From positions 6,110,932-6,174,931 of the forward strand of contig CM119263.1 in assembly GCA_051294375.1 (NCBI GenBank): a stretch of DNA of 64,000 nucleotides, given 5' to 3'. The notes beneath the pieces were generated by a model that had not been told where the DNA came from, ran no database searches, and saw nothing but the letters and a program-made list of their open reading frames with translations. A program made the position numbers and the translations under genes. The DNA comes from Paraspadella gotoi (Eukaryota; Animalia; Chaetognatha). Numbering within the stretch: position 1 is the stretch's first letter; each line of letters begins with the position of its first letter. Shown one piece after another: positions 1-14,690 of this stretch.

Positions 1-467
1 ATTTAATGAATGATTGTCAGGGTAACTTTGAAGAACTTTGAACAAATGAATGAGCGATTGGATAACATTCAATAAATAATGAATGATTTAAGAACATTGA
101 ATAAATGAATGATTGGGGAACATTAGTTGGCTGCGGTTTTCGCTTTTATTTCAAAGAGGAAAATTGTTTCGCCGCCCGAATCTGTGATCGACTGACCGAC
201 TGACAATGAAGCTCAAATTATCGAGAGGAAAGAAAAGACGGAATTTCGATAAGTCAAAGAATTTCACNNNNNNNNNNNNNNNNNNNNNNNNNTGGCTGCG
301 GTTTCCGCTTTTATTTCAAAGAGGAAAATTGTTTCGCCGCCCGAATCTGTGATCGACTGATCGACCGACTGACAATGAAGCTCAAATTATCGAGAAGAAA
401 GAAAAGACGGAATTTCGATTAAGTCAAAGAATTTCACGACTCGATTTGTGGACGGATTTTAGAGGAA

Positions 468-502
<35 letters not shown>

Positions 503-3167
503 TATTTATAACACAGACGATCGTGTTGACTATGACGAAAAAGATGTCGAAGCTCAACTGTGGAATGAATTTTCTATTAATTTTTTTACGGTCAAAAACA
601 GAGGAATTCGAAAAAATACAATGACAAATAACAAATGTCACGAACGTGGGCTTTTATATATATAGGGACGTAAAAGGTCAGGGACATTTTAATTGAAATT
701 ATCGGTGAGATTCTCTTCCAATTCGATGAACGAGCTTCCGTGATTAGGAAGTTTGGCGGCGGCGAAGACGACGACGACGACGACGACGACGACTATGATT
801 GAGTGAGTGGCAAAGATCATCGCCTCGAGGCAAATGGCCGAAAATGGAGAAGGAAGAACGAGTTTGGGATTGAGGAGAACGAGGAGAATGAGGCGATCTG
901 TGTCGGGGGTCGGTGCCAGTTTTCCGGGCTTTTTGATGGAACGGGTTTTGTGATAGGGTTCGTTGATTCTGGGTGAAAGTCGTGAAGGGTTGATAGTTTT
1001 GGAGAGAATAATAATGTGAAATTTCGGGTTATTTTATTAGAATATTAATGATTACTTATTAAGGGTTTATCTACGCACTTGGAAGAAAAATCTGACACCT
1101 TTCGCTTCCTATTACTACATTATAAAGATCGTCAAAAAAATGTTAAAGCTTCTTGAGCATTTTGGATAATAGTCAGAAAATAGTAGTTGTACACTATAAC
1201 ACTGTAACGTATACAGTTACAAATCTATTCCTTCTTTTATTTTAANNNNNNNNNNNNNNNNNNNNNNNNNNNNNNNNNNNNNNNNNNNNNNNNNNNNNNN
1301 NNNNNNNNNNNNNNNNNNNNNNNNNNNNNNNNNNNNNNNNNNNNNNNNNNNNNNNNNNNNNNNNNNNNNNNNNNNNNNNNNNNNNNNNNNNNNNNNNNNN
1401 NTTTTTTTTTTTTAAAGTCGTGATATTTTGAAGCTGACAGAAATGGAGGGAAGAGCGCGAGTAAAAAGAAGAAGAGGAGACGAATCGCGAAAAAAAAGTA
1501 ATGGGGGACCAAGCTTGAAGGCGAGCAGCTTGCAAATGGTTCGCCAAATGGTTTCGAGACTCGAGACTCGCATTTATCTTCTTTTCTCACCGACCGAGGG
1601 AGGAAAAGAGGAGGAGAGGAAGAGGAAGAGGAGGAGAGAGGAAGGAAGGGGAGGAAATATTAAATAAAAAAGGATGAGAGGGAGGGGAAGAGGAGGAGAG
1701 AGGAAGGAAGGAAATATTAAATAAAAAAGGATGAGAAGGGAAAAAGTAGAAGGGAATATGAGATATAAGATCGCTGCTTGAGAAAGAAATTGAATTGGTG
1801 AGGTGAGAGAAGGCGGTAAAGTGATATATGACAATTATAAAATCAATTTATTATCCTTTTAGTCATTAAGTAAAGTTTAAATGCTGTTAGTAATAATTGG
1901 CTGGTTTCCAGCGCTTGAAAATTTATTTTTTAATAATATAAAGCTGAACACTTTACTAGAAACTAGAGGGGGTAACTATTGAGGACATTAACTACTATTA
2001 GACAAAGAGAGAGAGAGAGAGAGAGNNNNNNNNNNNNNNNNNNNNNNNNNNNNNNNNNNNNNNNNNNNNNNNNNNNNNNNNNNNNNNNNNNNNNNNNNNN
2101 NNNNNNNNNNNNNNNNNNNNNNNNNNNNNNNNNNNNNNNNNNNNNNNNNNNNNNNNNNNNNNNNNNNNNNNNNNNNNNNNNNNNNNNNNNNNNNNNNNNG
2201 AGCAGTTCCATTGTGGCTTGGGGCCTTTACCATCGAAGCATCTCTTGAGGCAAACACATTCTGAAGATGATCCACAAAACTGAATTTTTCATGAAGAGGG
2301 AAAAGCAAGAAGTGGCTCTTAGAAGAAGACGGCGACGACGACGATGGCGATGATGATGATGATGATGACGACGATGATGACGACGAAAAAGACGGAGGAA
2401 AGAAAAGAAGATAGAGGAAGATGAAATCGGAGGAAAAAGAAGAAGAATAAAATGAATATTGAAATAAGAAATAGAGAAGAATTGAGTTTATAAATCAAAT
2501 ATATAAGTGAAAAATTTTTCCTTCAAATTATTATTGAATTTTGGTAAATACATACTATTTCTACGTTACTTAATTACGTAACTGTTACCATTTTACAACA
2601 AAAAGGGGAAAAATAAAAGGAAGTAAAATAGAAAAGAATCCGAAAATTGAGAAAGGATGCCTTTCTTATCTCGTTTCCATTTCACTGAAAACAGGGGAAA
2701 AAAGGAAGGAAATGAAAAATAATCCAATTTTACAAGAAAAATAAAGGAAAAGGAGAAAAAGAATGGAAGGAAATGGAAAATAATTTAATTTTAAGAAAGG
2801 AAAAAGGGAAAAAAGAAAGGAAGGAAATAGAAAATAATTCAATTTTAAGAAAGGAAAAAGGGGAAAAAAGACAGGAAGGAAATGGAAAAGTATTTTACAC
2901 CCCGTTCCTAACTTCTTTTTACTCCCCAAAAAAGGAAAAAGGAGAAAAAAAAATCCCCTACCCCCCCCCAAAAAAAAAAAGGAAAGGACGCATTTCCTAA
3001 CTCGTTTCCATTTCGCTCAGAGAGAAACGCATAAAGAAAAACCTTTCGTATTCTATCCATCGACTTTCCCTCTGTTTTCTTCCGCCGGCAGCGACTCCTC
3101 TCGGCGCCAAAGGTCAAGACAAATAACGTCCTTTTCTCACCACAACTCTCCTCTTTGCAATCACCTC

Positions 3168-3288
<121 letters not shown>

Positions 3289-5304
3289 CTCTTCGCGGGC
3301 AGACACGAATCTCCATCGCCATCTATTTCTTTCCTTCCTCCTCCTCCTTCCTTTCCTTTCCTCCGTTTTATGGTTCTCATAAACATTCCGATATTTTTCA
3401 GAGTTGGTCTCATTTTATCATAATCATCTCGTTATCCTCGGAGGATCAACATCGCGAAAAAGAGGAGATGCATTATCGATATAAACAGACGCCGTTTGGT
3501 TGCCTTCTTCACGTCGGGCGGAAGAGGAAGGGAGAAGGGGGGGCGCGCCCCCCTTTCTAGTATACTAGATAGGAAGAGTAACGGAGATGGTAAGAAGGTT
3601 TCCGTTGTCGGACGTGAAACTGATGGTCTGTGGGGCGTGGTTCGTTGCTGAGTGATTTGGTTTAGAATGATGTGGCTTATTTCTACCTAATGAACTATTG
3701 TGAAAAATCCAATTATCCATCCAGTTTTTTTTATTTTTTATTTCGTCTTTGAAATTTAGCGTAATAATTACAAAATCTTACGTAATTACGCTGTTTTTTT
3801 ATTGTTTCTACATAGATTTTCTTGTGAAATGACTTTTTATATATAAATTAGCGATCATATATATATATTTATTCCAAAGCCGGTCTTTGAGTTCCCAGAC
3901 CCAAAGTAAGGTCCAAAGCTGATTATATTTAAAATACAAACATACAAAAACCAGTAAGCGAGAGTAAAGATTGAGAAAGGAGGAAAGAGGGTAAAAAGAA
4001 GAAGAGGAGGAGGAGGAAGAGGAGGAAGAGCTAAAGGCAGTTTTACCTCGGAAGTGGAAGTGAAGTCAACCATTGATGATGAAGTTAGTGAAGCTATTAG
4101 AGGCTCATTAATCTTCAATCTATTTTCTCTTTTCCATCTTTCAAAACCTTTTTCCTTTTTTTTCTTTTTTACCTTTTTTTTTTGCTAAAAATAAAAAAAT
4201 GGAAAAAAATTCTCCTGCCAACATTTTTTTCCCGTTTTTGATTGAGATGAATTTCATATAGAAGTGGCTCAATTTTCACCGCGTTTAAATTAAACCCATA
4301 GATACAATTTGTGATTCAGGGTAGTTTAACATTAACAGATATANNNNNNNNNNNNNNNNNNNNNNNNNNNNNNNNNNNNNNNNNNNNNNNNNNNNNNNNN
4401 NNNNNNNNNNNNNNNNNNNNNNNNNNNNNNNNNNNNNNNNNNNNNNNNNNNNNNNNNNNNNNNNNNNNNNNNNNNNNNNNNNNNNNNNNNNNNNNNNNNN
4501 NNNNNNNNNNNNNNNNNNNNNNNNNNNNNNNNNNNNNNNNNNNNNNNNNNNNNNNNNNNNNNNNNNNNNNNNNNNNNNNNNNNNNNNNNNNNNNNNNNNN
4601 NNNNNNNNNNNNNNNNNNNNNNNNNNNNNNNNNNNNNNNNNNNNNNNNNNNNNNNNNNNNNNNNNNNNNNNNNNNNNNNNNNNNNNNNNNNNNNNNNNNN
4701 NNNNNNNNNNNNNNNNNNNNNNNNNNNNNNNNNNNNNNNNNNNNNNNNNNNNNNNNNNNNNNNNNNNNNNNNNNNNNNNNNNNNNNNNNNNNNNNNNNNN
4801 NNNNNNNNNNNNNNNNNNNNNNNNNNNNNNNNNNNNNNNNNNNNNNNNNNNNNNNNNNNNNNNNNNNNNNNNNNNNNNNNNNNNNNNNNNNNNNNTTAAA
4901 ATTTACGTGTGGACCAAACAAATAATTATAAACAAATAAGGTTTAAAAAAGACTGAATAAATGACAACTCTACGATTTTTACAAGCAAAAAATGAGAAAA
5001 ACAGTCAGTGAATCAGAAAAAGAAAAAGAGAAAGATGAAATTATAAGAACTACTCGTCGTCAGATAGTTCATACATAGATGGAGCTCGTAACAGTGGCGG
5101 AGGGAATAATGCTGCTGTTATGAAACAGGTGGACGTTATTCGTTGTTGCTCATTTGGTAGCGTTGCAAAAAAAGTGGGACGCTCAATATTATCAGGCTCA
5201 GGGGGGCGTTGGTGCAGATTGGGCGGTACAGATGTTGGTTGAGTCTTTTTCGTTCCTTCGATTTGTCTTTCTTTGTCCGAATCTCGACGTCGCGTGTCTC
5301 AGGT

Positions 5305-5342
<38 letters not shown>

Positions 5343-5475
5343 CACCGGCTCTCCCGTCGCCGCTTCCTCGAATATTTTGCGACGATAATGATGATGATGA
5401 TGATGAAGATGATGACGATAATAGCAACGATGATGACGGGGCGACCTCGGGACAACCGATCGATGATCACCTCAA

Positions 5476-5511
<36 letters not shown>

Positions 5512-7236
5512 TCTTCAAAGAAAATTCCCCAAAGACGAAAAAGGAAAACAAACAAGGAAATCGAGAACGTCAACCGTCGGACCAGAAAACGAGTCGATTC
5601 GACCGGAATTGCCGAGAGAGGAAAAGTGAGGACATCAACAATAATGACAATAACAACTAAAACAACAGCAACAGCAACAGCAGCAAGAACAGTAACTAAT
5701 AGAAAACGATAAAAAAAAATAAAGAGTGCAACGACAAAGTCTGCAAAAAGATGGAAAACGCCGATTGTCACCAACAACTGTAAAGAGCAATGACAACAAT
5801 GACCTCAAGCGGGAGCAAAGATCAGTGACAAAGAAAGCAATGAAGAATAAATCCACAGAAACTAAGCAACGACGACAACATTTTAACTTGAAAAACTCGG
5901 AAATTTGCAAAAACAAAACAATTTTCTTGGAATTAACGAAGGTTGTCGTGTTTACGACGTCAAAAACGGAACGAAAATCGGTCTTCGCTTCATCTTTGGT
6001 CGGTCGTCGTCGATGTTGTCGTCGTCGTCGTGGTCGTCGTCGTTGTCGTCGTCGGCTTCGTCGTCTCATCATTTGGTTGACAGTAAAAACTTCATTCTCG
6101 GCCAAAGATTAAAGGGATTCGCGAGGGAGAGGAGCAGAGTTCCGGTGTTAGCACAATCATCTAAACTTGAAGCGTCGCTCCACTATTCCACAACCCCATC
6201 ACTCCACCACTCCACTACTCTACCACTCCGCCACTCCGCCACTCCGCCACTCCAAAACACCACTACTTCACTACCTCTTCGTCATCGACGCACCGACGCA
6301 CGTCAATTAGTCAAGTATTTCAGACAAAGTCGCTAAATAACTTTTAATATTACTTTCGTTTTCTCTAACCAAAACCCCCAGGTCTTCGTTCTCGACCAAC
6401 CCACTCCCCCTCAACACTCCAACCCCCAACAACCCCCGAGCCCTCCCCCCCTCTCCGCCCTTTCCCCCACTATTCCGTGGCTCGACTCATGATGTCCTCG
6501 AAATCCCCAGAGCGCCATGGTTTTTTTCGGTCGCTTTGGGAAAGACTGATTGGCGCAATATTTGGGCTGATTGCGTGCGATTAGAAACTAAATTTTGTCT
6601 TCGATGGGGGGAAACCCCGGTCGGACAGGGATCGCCGGCGGGCGGTGGGGGAAGGAGCGGGCGGCGTCGGCATTGGGGAAGGGCGGCGGCGGCAGGGGGG
6701 ATGGGCGGCGGCGGCTTCGAGACCCGGGGACCGAAAGGAAATATATATCCAAGATTTGCAGATGGCGATTAGGAAATTCTTGATCAGGCGGAAAAGAAAA
6801 AGGGAGAAACTGGGACTTTTGCGTTATATCGTTGTGAGGGTTTTAATAAAATTCACGAGGATTTAAATGAAAAGACGAGTTGATCTTGATTGAGTTCAGT
6901 TCGAAAAACTAAGGTAAATGGAAATAATATACGGATGACCACGGATGTAAGAAGAATCAGTCACAGAGGTTTATTTTTAGAAATTTAATATAAATATTAA
7001 TATGGAAACTGCGACTGGATAGTTTTTTTTAATTTATTTCTGAGGATGAACATCGATCAAAGATCCCTTTCAAAAATGTTTATAAAAGGTAATAAAACGG
7101 AAATGATCGGTTTGATTTATCAATTCCTTTGGTTATTTGCGATGGTTCCTTCATATTGGATATCTCTGTGTCTGGCATCTCTCTCTCTCTCCCCCTTTGT
7201 CCTCAACTTGAGAGAGTTCAAGAGTCACGCGATTCT

Positions 7237-7313
<77 letters not shown>

Positions 7314-7439
7314 TCTTCTTCCTCGATGATCATCGCTTCAGCTAAAAACCCAAAATAGATTGGATTCGAGCCGCAGGGATGAGGGGGAGTCTGTAAGGTC
7401 AATCATTTTGGGAAAAAGTTCAATAAAATAAACGAATGA

Positions 7440-7508
7440 TAGAAATAATATTAATGATGTAATAATAATGCAGCTAATACTAATGATAATAATTGGAATA
7501 ATATTGAT

Positions 7509-7539
<31 letters not shown>

Positions 7540-7545
7540 GTTGAT

Positions 7546-7631
<86 letters not shown>

Positions 7632-7780
7632 TAAATAAAAAATAAAATAATATAATAATAATAATAATAAATAATAATAATAATAATAATATAATAATAA
7701 TAATAATATAATAATAATTAATAATAAATTATTAATCATATGAAATAATAATAATAAAATTTTAAAAATATAATAAAACC
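7440..7780. repeat. (AAT)n low-complexity tract
   Basis: Imperfect aataataat array visible directly. Confidence 0.95.
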
Positions 7781-7840
7781 GATTTTAAACAGAAAAGCCG
7801 AAATGAATAAAGAAGGTAAAAAGCTTGAATGCCTTTGGAA

Positions 7841-8458
7841 CAATAAAGGCGTAGCTAAATTTCTAAAATTTAACTTAAACTAAAATTCTAAAAGTGAGGA
7901 ACGAACAACATTATATTAATGAACATTTATGTAATAAAAAATTTATAATAAATTTTACAATTTACGCAGTAGGCCAATATTTATACTAGTATTAAACCAA
8001 TAAATGTTAAAATTTCAAAAAAAAATTTTCCAATTTTTTTGCAGATTTGGATTCGTCATAAAAAGTTGATTAAAGAAATATAATTCTTTTTGAAAAATTC
8101 CTCATTAAGTGGGTCAAAAATTAGAAAAAGCTATATTTTAAGCTGAAAATTAACTTTTTTATATATTAAATATAGTTTTTTTAATTTTTAACCCACTTAA
8201 TGAAAGAATTTTTAAAAATGATTTATATTTTCTTTATCAACTTTTGATGAGGAATTCAAATCTGCAATCAAAATTAAGAAAAAGCCTATTTTGAAATTTT
8301 TTCAATTTTATAAGGATAGTACTATATATAAATATAGCCTACTGCGAAAATTAAAAAACATAAAATTAATTTTTTTACAAATTAATGTTCACTGATGGTA
8401 TTGTTGTTCATAATTGAATTTTAGAATTTTCGTATGTAACTTTCACTACGCCTTATTG
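7841..8458. mobile_element. Foldback/MITE-like long imperfect palindrome (~620 bp)
   Basis: Nested inverted pairs: caataaaggcgtag/ctacgccttattg, cgcagtaggc/gcctactgcg, gcagatttg/caaatctgc, aaaagttgat/atcaactttt, cattaagtggg/cccacttaatg. Centre at ~8140-8160. Confidence 0.75.
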
Positions 8459-8525
8459 GACAACCATAATTACTGGATAGATAAATAGGTATGTAATTAG
8501 AAATCTACTATGAAATTAAATTCAA

Positions 8526-9121
8526 TAGGGGCGGGGGTTCAAAACTTTCGTCTTGAAGTCTACTTTTAGGTAAAAAAAGATTTTTTTAAAAAAGTTTGAT
8601 TTTAATGCTTTTATTGTTGCTATTAAAATTACAATATTACTATATAATGATAAAAAAAATTTTTAATCAATCTTACCTTTTTTTGATGGATTCTGATAGA
8701 GCATAAAAGGTTAAATAAAAAATTTAACTACAACTTTCGAAAATATTTATGTTTTCTTGGTCAAAATTAAGAAAAAGTAATAAAATTATCGAAAAATGAT
8801 GATGATGATGATGATGATGATGATTATAGATAGTTTTTCATATTTTTCGCATACTTATGATCAAAATATCGAAAAAAGAATTATACTTTGTGTTGACAAC
8901 TTTTTGCAAGCTACCTGAATCTGATCTTAAAAATAAAAAAATCCCAAAAAAATTTTTAGCCTTTCCTATTTATAAATAAATATTAAAAAATGAATATATG
9001 GAGTATGGAGTAATATAAAAAAATTTTGTCTATTCAAATTTTTTTAAAAATGTCTAAATTTTCGTTTGAGCAGGTGCTTAATTCAATTTCTTAACCACCT
9101 TACTGAGTTCGTCTCCCCCTA
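8526..9121. mobile_element. Dispersed non-autonomous DNA element (MITE-like); related copy in opposite orientation at ~60264-60902
   Basis: 8881-8990 (ttatactttgtgttgacaactttttgcaagctacctgaatctgatctt...tcctatttataaataaatattaaaaaa) is the diverged reverse complement of 60362-60469. Both copies have taggg.../...ccta-type ends. Confidence 0.6.
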
Positions 9122-9819
9122 ATGTAATTACTATTTTTAAAAGAAACTGTGAATCAAAAGAAGGGGCTTAAATCCATCGCTGCATCATTTTCTTTCAAAT
9201 TCTTTCTTTCTTCTTCTAATTTGTCTGGGTGTTTGAAGGAATCGATTCGCGCCCTTTTTTGGTCAGTCAGTCGTTTGGACATTTATATATTTTATACAAT
9301 CAAAAATATGTATGAAACTGAAGGAAATTTACATACTATGAATTATGAAATTGTTATTACATATTAAAAGAGGCTTTTATCAATTTACTATTAAATAATG
9401 TGGAATCGCCAATTCGTTCGCGATGAGATCCGTTTCTTGTTTTTATAACCGATGACTTTTCGTGCGGCGGCAGCGGTAACGGCGGCGGCCGCAGCGGTAG
9501 CGGCGGCGGCTGCGGCGGGTAATGGCTCGTTCTGTTTTATTGTGTTTGTTGACAGAACCATGAGCCGAGTCAGAGGAGCGGGAAAAGGGGATGGGAAAGT
9601 CAGAGGATAGGAGTTCGTGGAAAAGAAAGGTCGAGGTGAGGGAGGGAGGATAAGGAGAATGGGAAGAAAAGCTGAAGGTAAGTTTGAGACGAGAAAAAAG
9701 CAGCTGTGGATATTGGGGTACATCGCCGAAAAGTCGTTGTTGCTGGCGAAGGGGTTTGTCGTTTTTGTTATTGTTTTATTGTTTGAGATGATTAGGATAA
9801 ATATTATACTGATGATGTT

Positions 9820-9883
9820 AATGACGACGACGCTGATTAGGGCTATCATTAGGACGACGCGACGACGACGCGACTACGACGAC

Positions 9884-9915
<32 letters not shown>

Positions 9916-10170
9916 GATGATGATGATGATTGATGATTAAGGCTATCATTAGGACGACGACGACGACGACGACGATGATTGATGTTGATGATGATGATGA
10001 TGATGATGTATTGATGATGATGATGATGATGATGATGATTAGGCTATCATTGGACGACGACGACGACGACGACGTTACGACGACGCGACGACGACGATGA
10101 TGAGATGATGATGATGATGATGATGATGATTGATGATGATGTGATGATGACTGATGATGATGAATGATTA
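9820..10170. repeat. Compound (GAC)n/(GAT)n array with a higher-order unit containing 'ggctatcatt(a)ggacgacg' x3
   Basis: The spacer ggctatcatt recurs at 9841, 9941 and ~10042 between triplet runs. Confidence 0.85.
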
Positions 10171-11465
10171 TTCAACGGAACGACCTCGCCGGCGTTATGA
10201 ATCGCGGGTCTGATAAGTCTGAGTCGCGAGTCAAGAATTCATCTTTTATGAGCGAAAATCATTGAACTCGAAGACGAACGTGCGAGTGAAAATGACGGGG
10301 GGGCGGTTCGGAGCGGGGGGGGGAAGTTTGTGGTGAGGGGGCGGTTGGAGATGCACGGAGTTAGAGATGCTAGATGGTTGGAGGTGTAGGTGGTTTTGTA
10401 GATGCCGGGGGTCGGAGATGGCGGGGTGGTTGGAGATGCCGGGTCATTAGATGTGTCGGGAGGTTGGAGACGCTTGGGTTTTGGAGGTGACGTGGATGTT
10501 GAGATAGCGAGGGTTTGGAGATGACGGGTGGCTGTGTCCATAGAGGCAGAGTGAAGGGGGAAGGCTTGGCCGGAGGGGAGCAGTGAAGCGAGAAGCCCAT
10601 CGATAAGGAGCTCCTACGCTTGGCATTCCCTCGTAAATTAAAAAGAATTTAAAAGGTTTCAATTATTAATTTAGAATTTAGAATTTTTTTTGAATTTACG
10701 ATTCAAATTTGTTTTGGGGTTCGTTTCTCTGGTGCACCGACAAATTCATCTCTTTTAATGCCGATTGGTCGTTTCTAGGTAACCTCGCTATAAATTCTAT
10801 GGGCATTTTTACTCTCAATACTGTAATATTTATCTTGTCTAGCTGCTAATCCGCCCGACTTTAAGGTGGAATGAGTCGCGTTTTGTCTCGTTGCCGTGTT
10901 AATTGAGTTGAGTTTGTGGTTTTGTGAACAACCTTTCTCTCCCTGCAAAACCATCGCATTAAAAACCTTTTTTGCTCTGATTTGTCACGACGATAACAGA
11001 ATTCGTACTAAGCGACGCAAAAAGTCTGTCAAAAAAGCAAAACAAAGGAATCTGCGACTTTCTCAATCAGGCGCAAAAATGGCGCAAAAAAGGCCGCAAA
11101 AAGTTTCGATAGCTTTTTAGCTTTTTCAGGTTTTATTTTCGTTCTGAGAATCGCGATCTATGCGAGAAAAAAACTTGCGCCGCTAAAATGCTGTATTGTG
11201 CCGGAGTCGTCATTATTTTCTTTCAAAAAGATAACAAAAATATTTATTCGATGTCTTATAATTAAATATTAAATCTTTTTTTTTTAATAATATAAAAGTT
11301 AGTGTCCGGAGAACGACCGACCGACCGAAAAAATTCGCCTTAACGAAAAAAAGAAACGAGTGGAAAAGATTTGAGAAAATCTGACAGAATCGGAATCGTA
11401 GGGCGAAAAAAAATTCTAATCAATCGACTCATCTCGCTTTTTCCCTCTCTTTGTCTTTAAGAGAG

Positions 11466-11505
<40 letters not shown>

Positions 11506-11527
11506 GAGAGAGAGAGAGAGAGAAGAG

Positions 11528-11559
<32 letters not shown>

Positions 11560-13994
11560 AAATTACAAAAGGAAATATGATTCGATTCGTGATAATTTCT
11601 TAATTGAAAAATCCCCAAGATTCCGAGAAAAAAAATGGTGACAAAGCGAAAANNNNNNNNNNNNNNNNNNNNNNNNNNNNNNNNNNNNNNNNNNNNNNNN
11701 NNNNNNNNNNNNNNNNNNNNNNNNNNNNNNNNNNNNNNNNNNNNNNNNNNNNNNNNNNNNNNNNNNNNNNNNNNNNNNNNNNNNNNNNNNNNNNNNNNNN
11801 NNNNNNNNNNNNNNNNNNNNNNNNNNNNNNNNNNNNNNNNNNNNNNNNNNNNNNNNNNNNNNNNNNNNNNNNNNNNNNNNNNNNNNNNNNNNNNNNNNNN
11901 NNNNNNNNNNNNNNNNNNNNNNNNNNNNNNNNNNNNNNNNNNNNNNNNNNNNNNNNNNNNNNNNNNNNNNNNNNNNNNNNNNNNNNNNNNNNNNNNNNNN
12001 NNNNNNNNNNNNNNNNNNNNNNNNNNNNNNNNNNNNNNNNNNNNNNNNNNNNNNNNNNNNNNNNNNNNNNNNNNNNNNNNNNNNNNNNNNNNNNNNNNNN
12101 NNNNNNNNNNNNNNNNNNNNNNNNNNNNNNNNNNNNNNNNNNNNNNNNNNNNNNNNNNNNNNNNNNNNNNNNNNNNNNNNNNNNNNNNNNNNNNNNNNNN
12201 NNNNNNNNNNNNNNNNNNNNNNNNNNNNNNNNNNNNNNNNNNNNNNNNNNNNNNNNNNNNNNNNNNNNNNNNNNNNNNNNNNNNNNNNNNNNNNNNNNNN
12301 NNNNNNNNNNNNNNNNNNNNNNNNNNNNNNNNNNNNNNNNNNNNNNNNNNNNNNNNNNNNNNNNNNNNNNNNNNNNNNNNNNNNNNNNNNNNNNNNNNNN
12401 NNNNNNNNNNNNNNNNNNNNNNNNNNNNNNNNNNNNNNNNNNNNNNNNNNNNNNNNNNNNNNNNNNNNNNNNNNNNNNNNNNNNNNNNNNNNNNNNNNNN
12501 NNNNNNACAACCACAACAACAATCGCCTCTCATTCTCTTCTCTTTCTTTTTTAATCACTTTTCCTTTTCGCCATTTTGAATCTTCATCATCGCAGCGCCG
12601 CTCCTCGCCCATTTTCCCATCAGATAAAATCGAAAAATCGAGAAACAAAAGAGCAACGAATTTAGGTTCCGGCGGTCGTCGCGGGCGGCGGTGGCGGTGG
12701 CGGTGGCGGTGGCGGCGTCAGCGTCAACGGCGCTGTTGGCTAAATGGATCGAGTCGCGTGGCGTGATTCTTTTGAAAAAAAAAAACAAGATCAAATGATC
12801 TACATGAAAATCGCCGATAATAACTAGGATTAACTCTTTAGTTATGGCGCTTTTTTTTTTGGTATCGTCATTGGTCGGCTTTATTGGCATCGACAACAAA
12901 AATTTCCGATGTTAATTATTATAATAAATACTAAATACTACTTATTTTGATGACAACAATGTCGATGACAGCTCTCTTATTTACATCGCTGTCATCGACA
13001 TTGTTGTCATCGAAATTTTTATCCTATTTTCAGCTAATGTACGTTGTTATTTTTAGACTTTTTTAACATCAAATTATTGTTGGAACTACACTGACTGCGG
13101 CTGCCATAGACCTACCATCTGCATTAATGATATTTATTAAACGAATGGACAATTTGTATATTGGTTGTACCAATTTCATAAAATTCCTTGTATTTTGATG
13201 CTGGGAGGAGTACAATATAGCAACGAAGGAAGATAATTTTTATTGAGTAGTTCATTTGGGAGGTTTACGTAGGAAGACGTAATTCTTTTTTGGTACGGTA
13301 GTGTAATTTTGGTAGAGTGGTCTTCTTAGGAGGCGTGGCGAGTCTAATCCAGTCCTGTCGCCACAACGAAGAAAGTAAGCGTGGTTTATTACGTTGGGAT
13401 GATGATAATTAACATACAAAATATGTAGATTATGCAGAGAAAAAGACAGGCAATAAACAATATAACAAATAGTCCATAAGGAATTTGATGTTAGTTTCTT
13501 GAAGGTAAGTTGAAGAGTGATCTCGTTCCCTCTCTCGTTTCTCTGCCGTCGGTTTTCTGAGGGAGGCCTCCTCTCTGATTGTAATAAAGCCTTAAAGCCT
13601 TAAAACATGTCGCCACCAAATATATTCGGTTTCTTCACAGTCATGTTATTATTGATCAAAGGAGTCGGATGTTAGAACTTGATTTCTCCATAAAAATTTA
13701 AATGGATAAAAAATATATCTCTCAAAATTTTATATATTTTATAATATATCAACTTTCAATTTCATAAAAAAACTTCTTTTCAGAAAAAGCGAATAATAAA
13801 TTTAATTTTGTTTTGTTTTTATCTTTGGCTCAACTTGAGTACTTAGTTATAAAAAAATGAAATTGCATTAAATATAAATAATAGCGTAAACTGGTTTCAC
13901 CCCCAAAAAAGTTTGTTAACGCCGTAGAAATTTTTATTTGACTGTCTGACTTCTCATTTTGATTAACTGTATTATTGTAGTGAAGTTGGATACG

Positions 13995-14252
13995 ACAGTT
14001 CCTTCCATCAGCACTGGGCTAACGTTCCATCCCCGAACCCAATGGTCATGAGTTTCAGCCCTGGTCGGAACAGTTCTTGCAACCAGAGTGACGCGCCGGT
14101 TAAACTATCGGTAGCAAGGCTACCGCCGGATCCGAAGTTCCGGATAGCAAGGCAACTGGCGAAAAATCTCCCAGACCAACTGGGCACACTAAGTGTGGCG
14201 GCTATTCACACAGAGAGACATGGCGACTCTCTCCTCTCGGTCTCTTCATAAT
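13995..14252 (+). mobile_element. Degenerate tRNA-derived SINE-like element
   Basis: GC island with a decayed tRNA-like head. It shares gatccgaagttc with the element at 59263 and ends in an (ata)n tail. Confidence 0.4.
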
Positions 14253-14422
14253 AATAGTTTTATTTTAAATTAAATAAATCTATTTAGAATAATTTACAAT
14301 AAAACCTCCTAAATTTGGAAATAAAAAAGGAAAATTGTATTCAAATTCTTTTACAGTCGTCTATGGAATTGTCTACTCGACCTTTGTCAAAATGCAAAAA
14401 AAAAATCACAATTTTCTCTGTG

Positions 14423-14457
<35 letters not shown>

Positions 14458-14619
14458 TGTAGTGAACGTGAAACTAAAATTTCTAATCTCAAATCCTTCG
14501 CTTCTCTCTTATCTGTCCACTTTCCATTCGAACCATAATCATGGTTGGCGTCGTCATTCCCATCGTCATCGTTATTAATGATAACGAGAACAACCAGTCA
14601 TTTTAGTGGAAACACTCTC

Positions 14620-14690
<71 letters not shown>

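Noticed and set aside
128-437. ~140-bp direct repeat on both sides of the 25-N gap
   Set aside because: Near-identical copies flanking a gap are the signature of an unmerged contig overlap or haplotype duplication.
5136-6336. Overlapping ORFs with poly-R/T/D/S/V tracts
   Set aside because: They are generated by stop-free (GAC/GTC)n microsatellites, with no domain and no consistent splice structure.
9820-10170. Regularly spaced repeat superficially like a CRISPR array
   Set aside because: The spacers are microsatellites, the context is eukaryotic, and there are no cas genes.
11457-12648. Long ORFs of 200-360 aa here and at 4311-4925
   Set aside because: They consist of X residues from N gaps.
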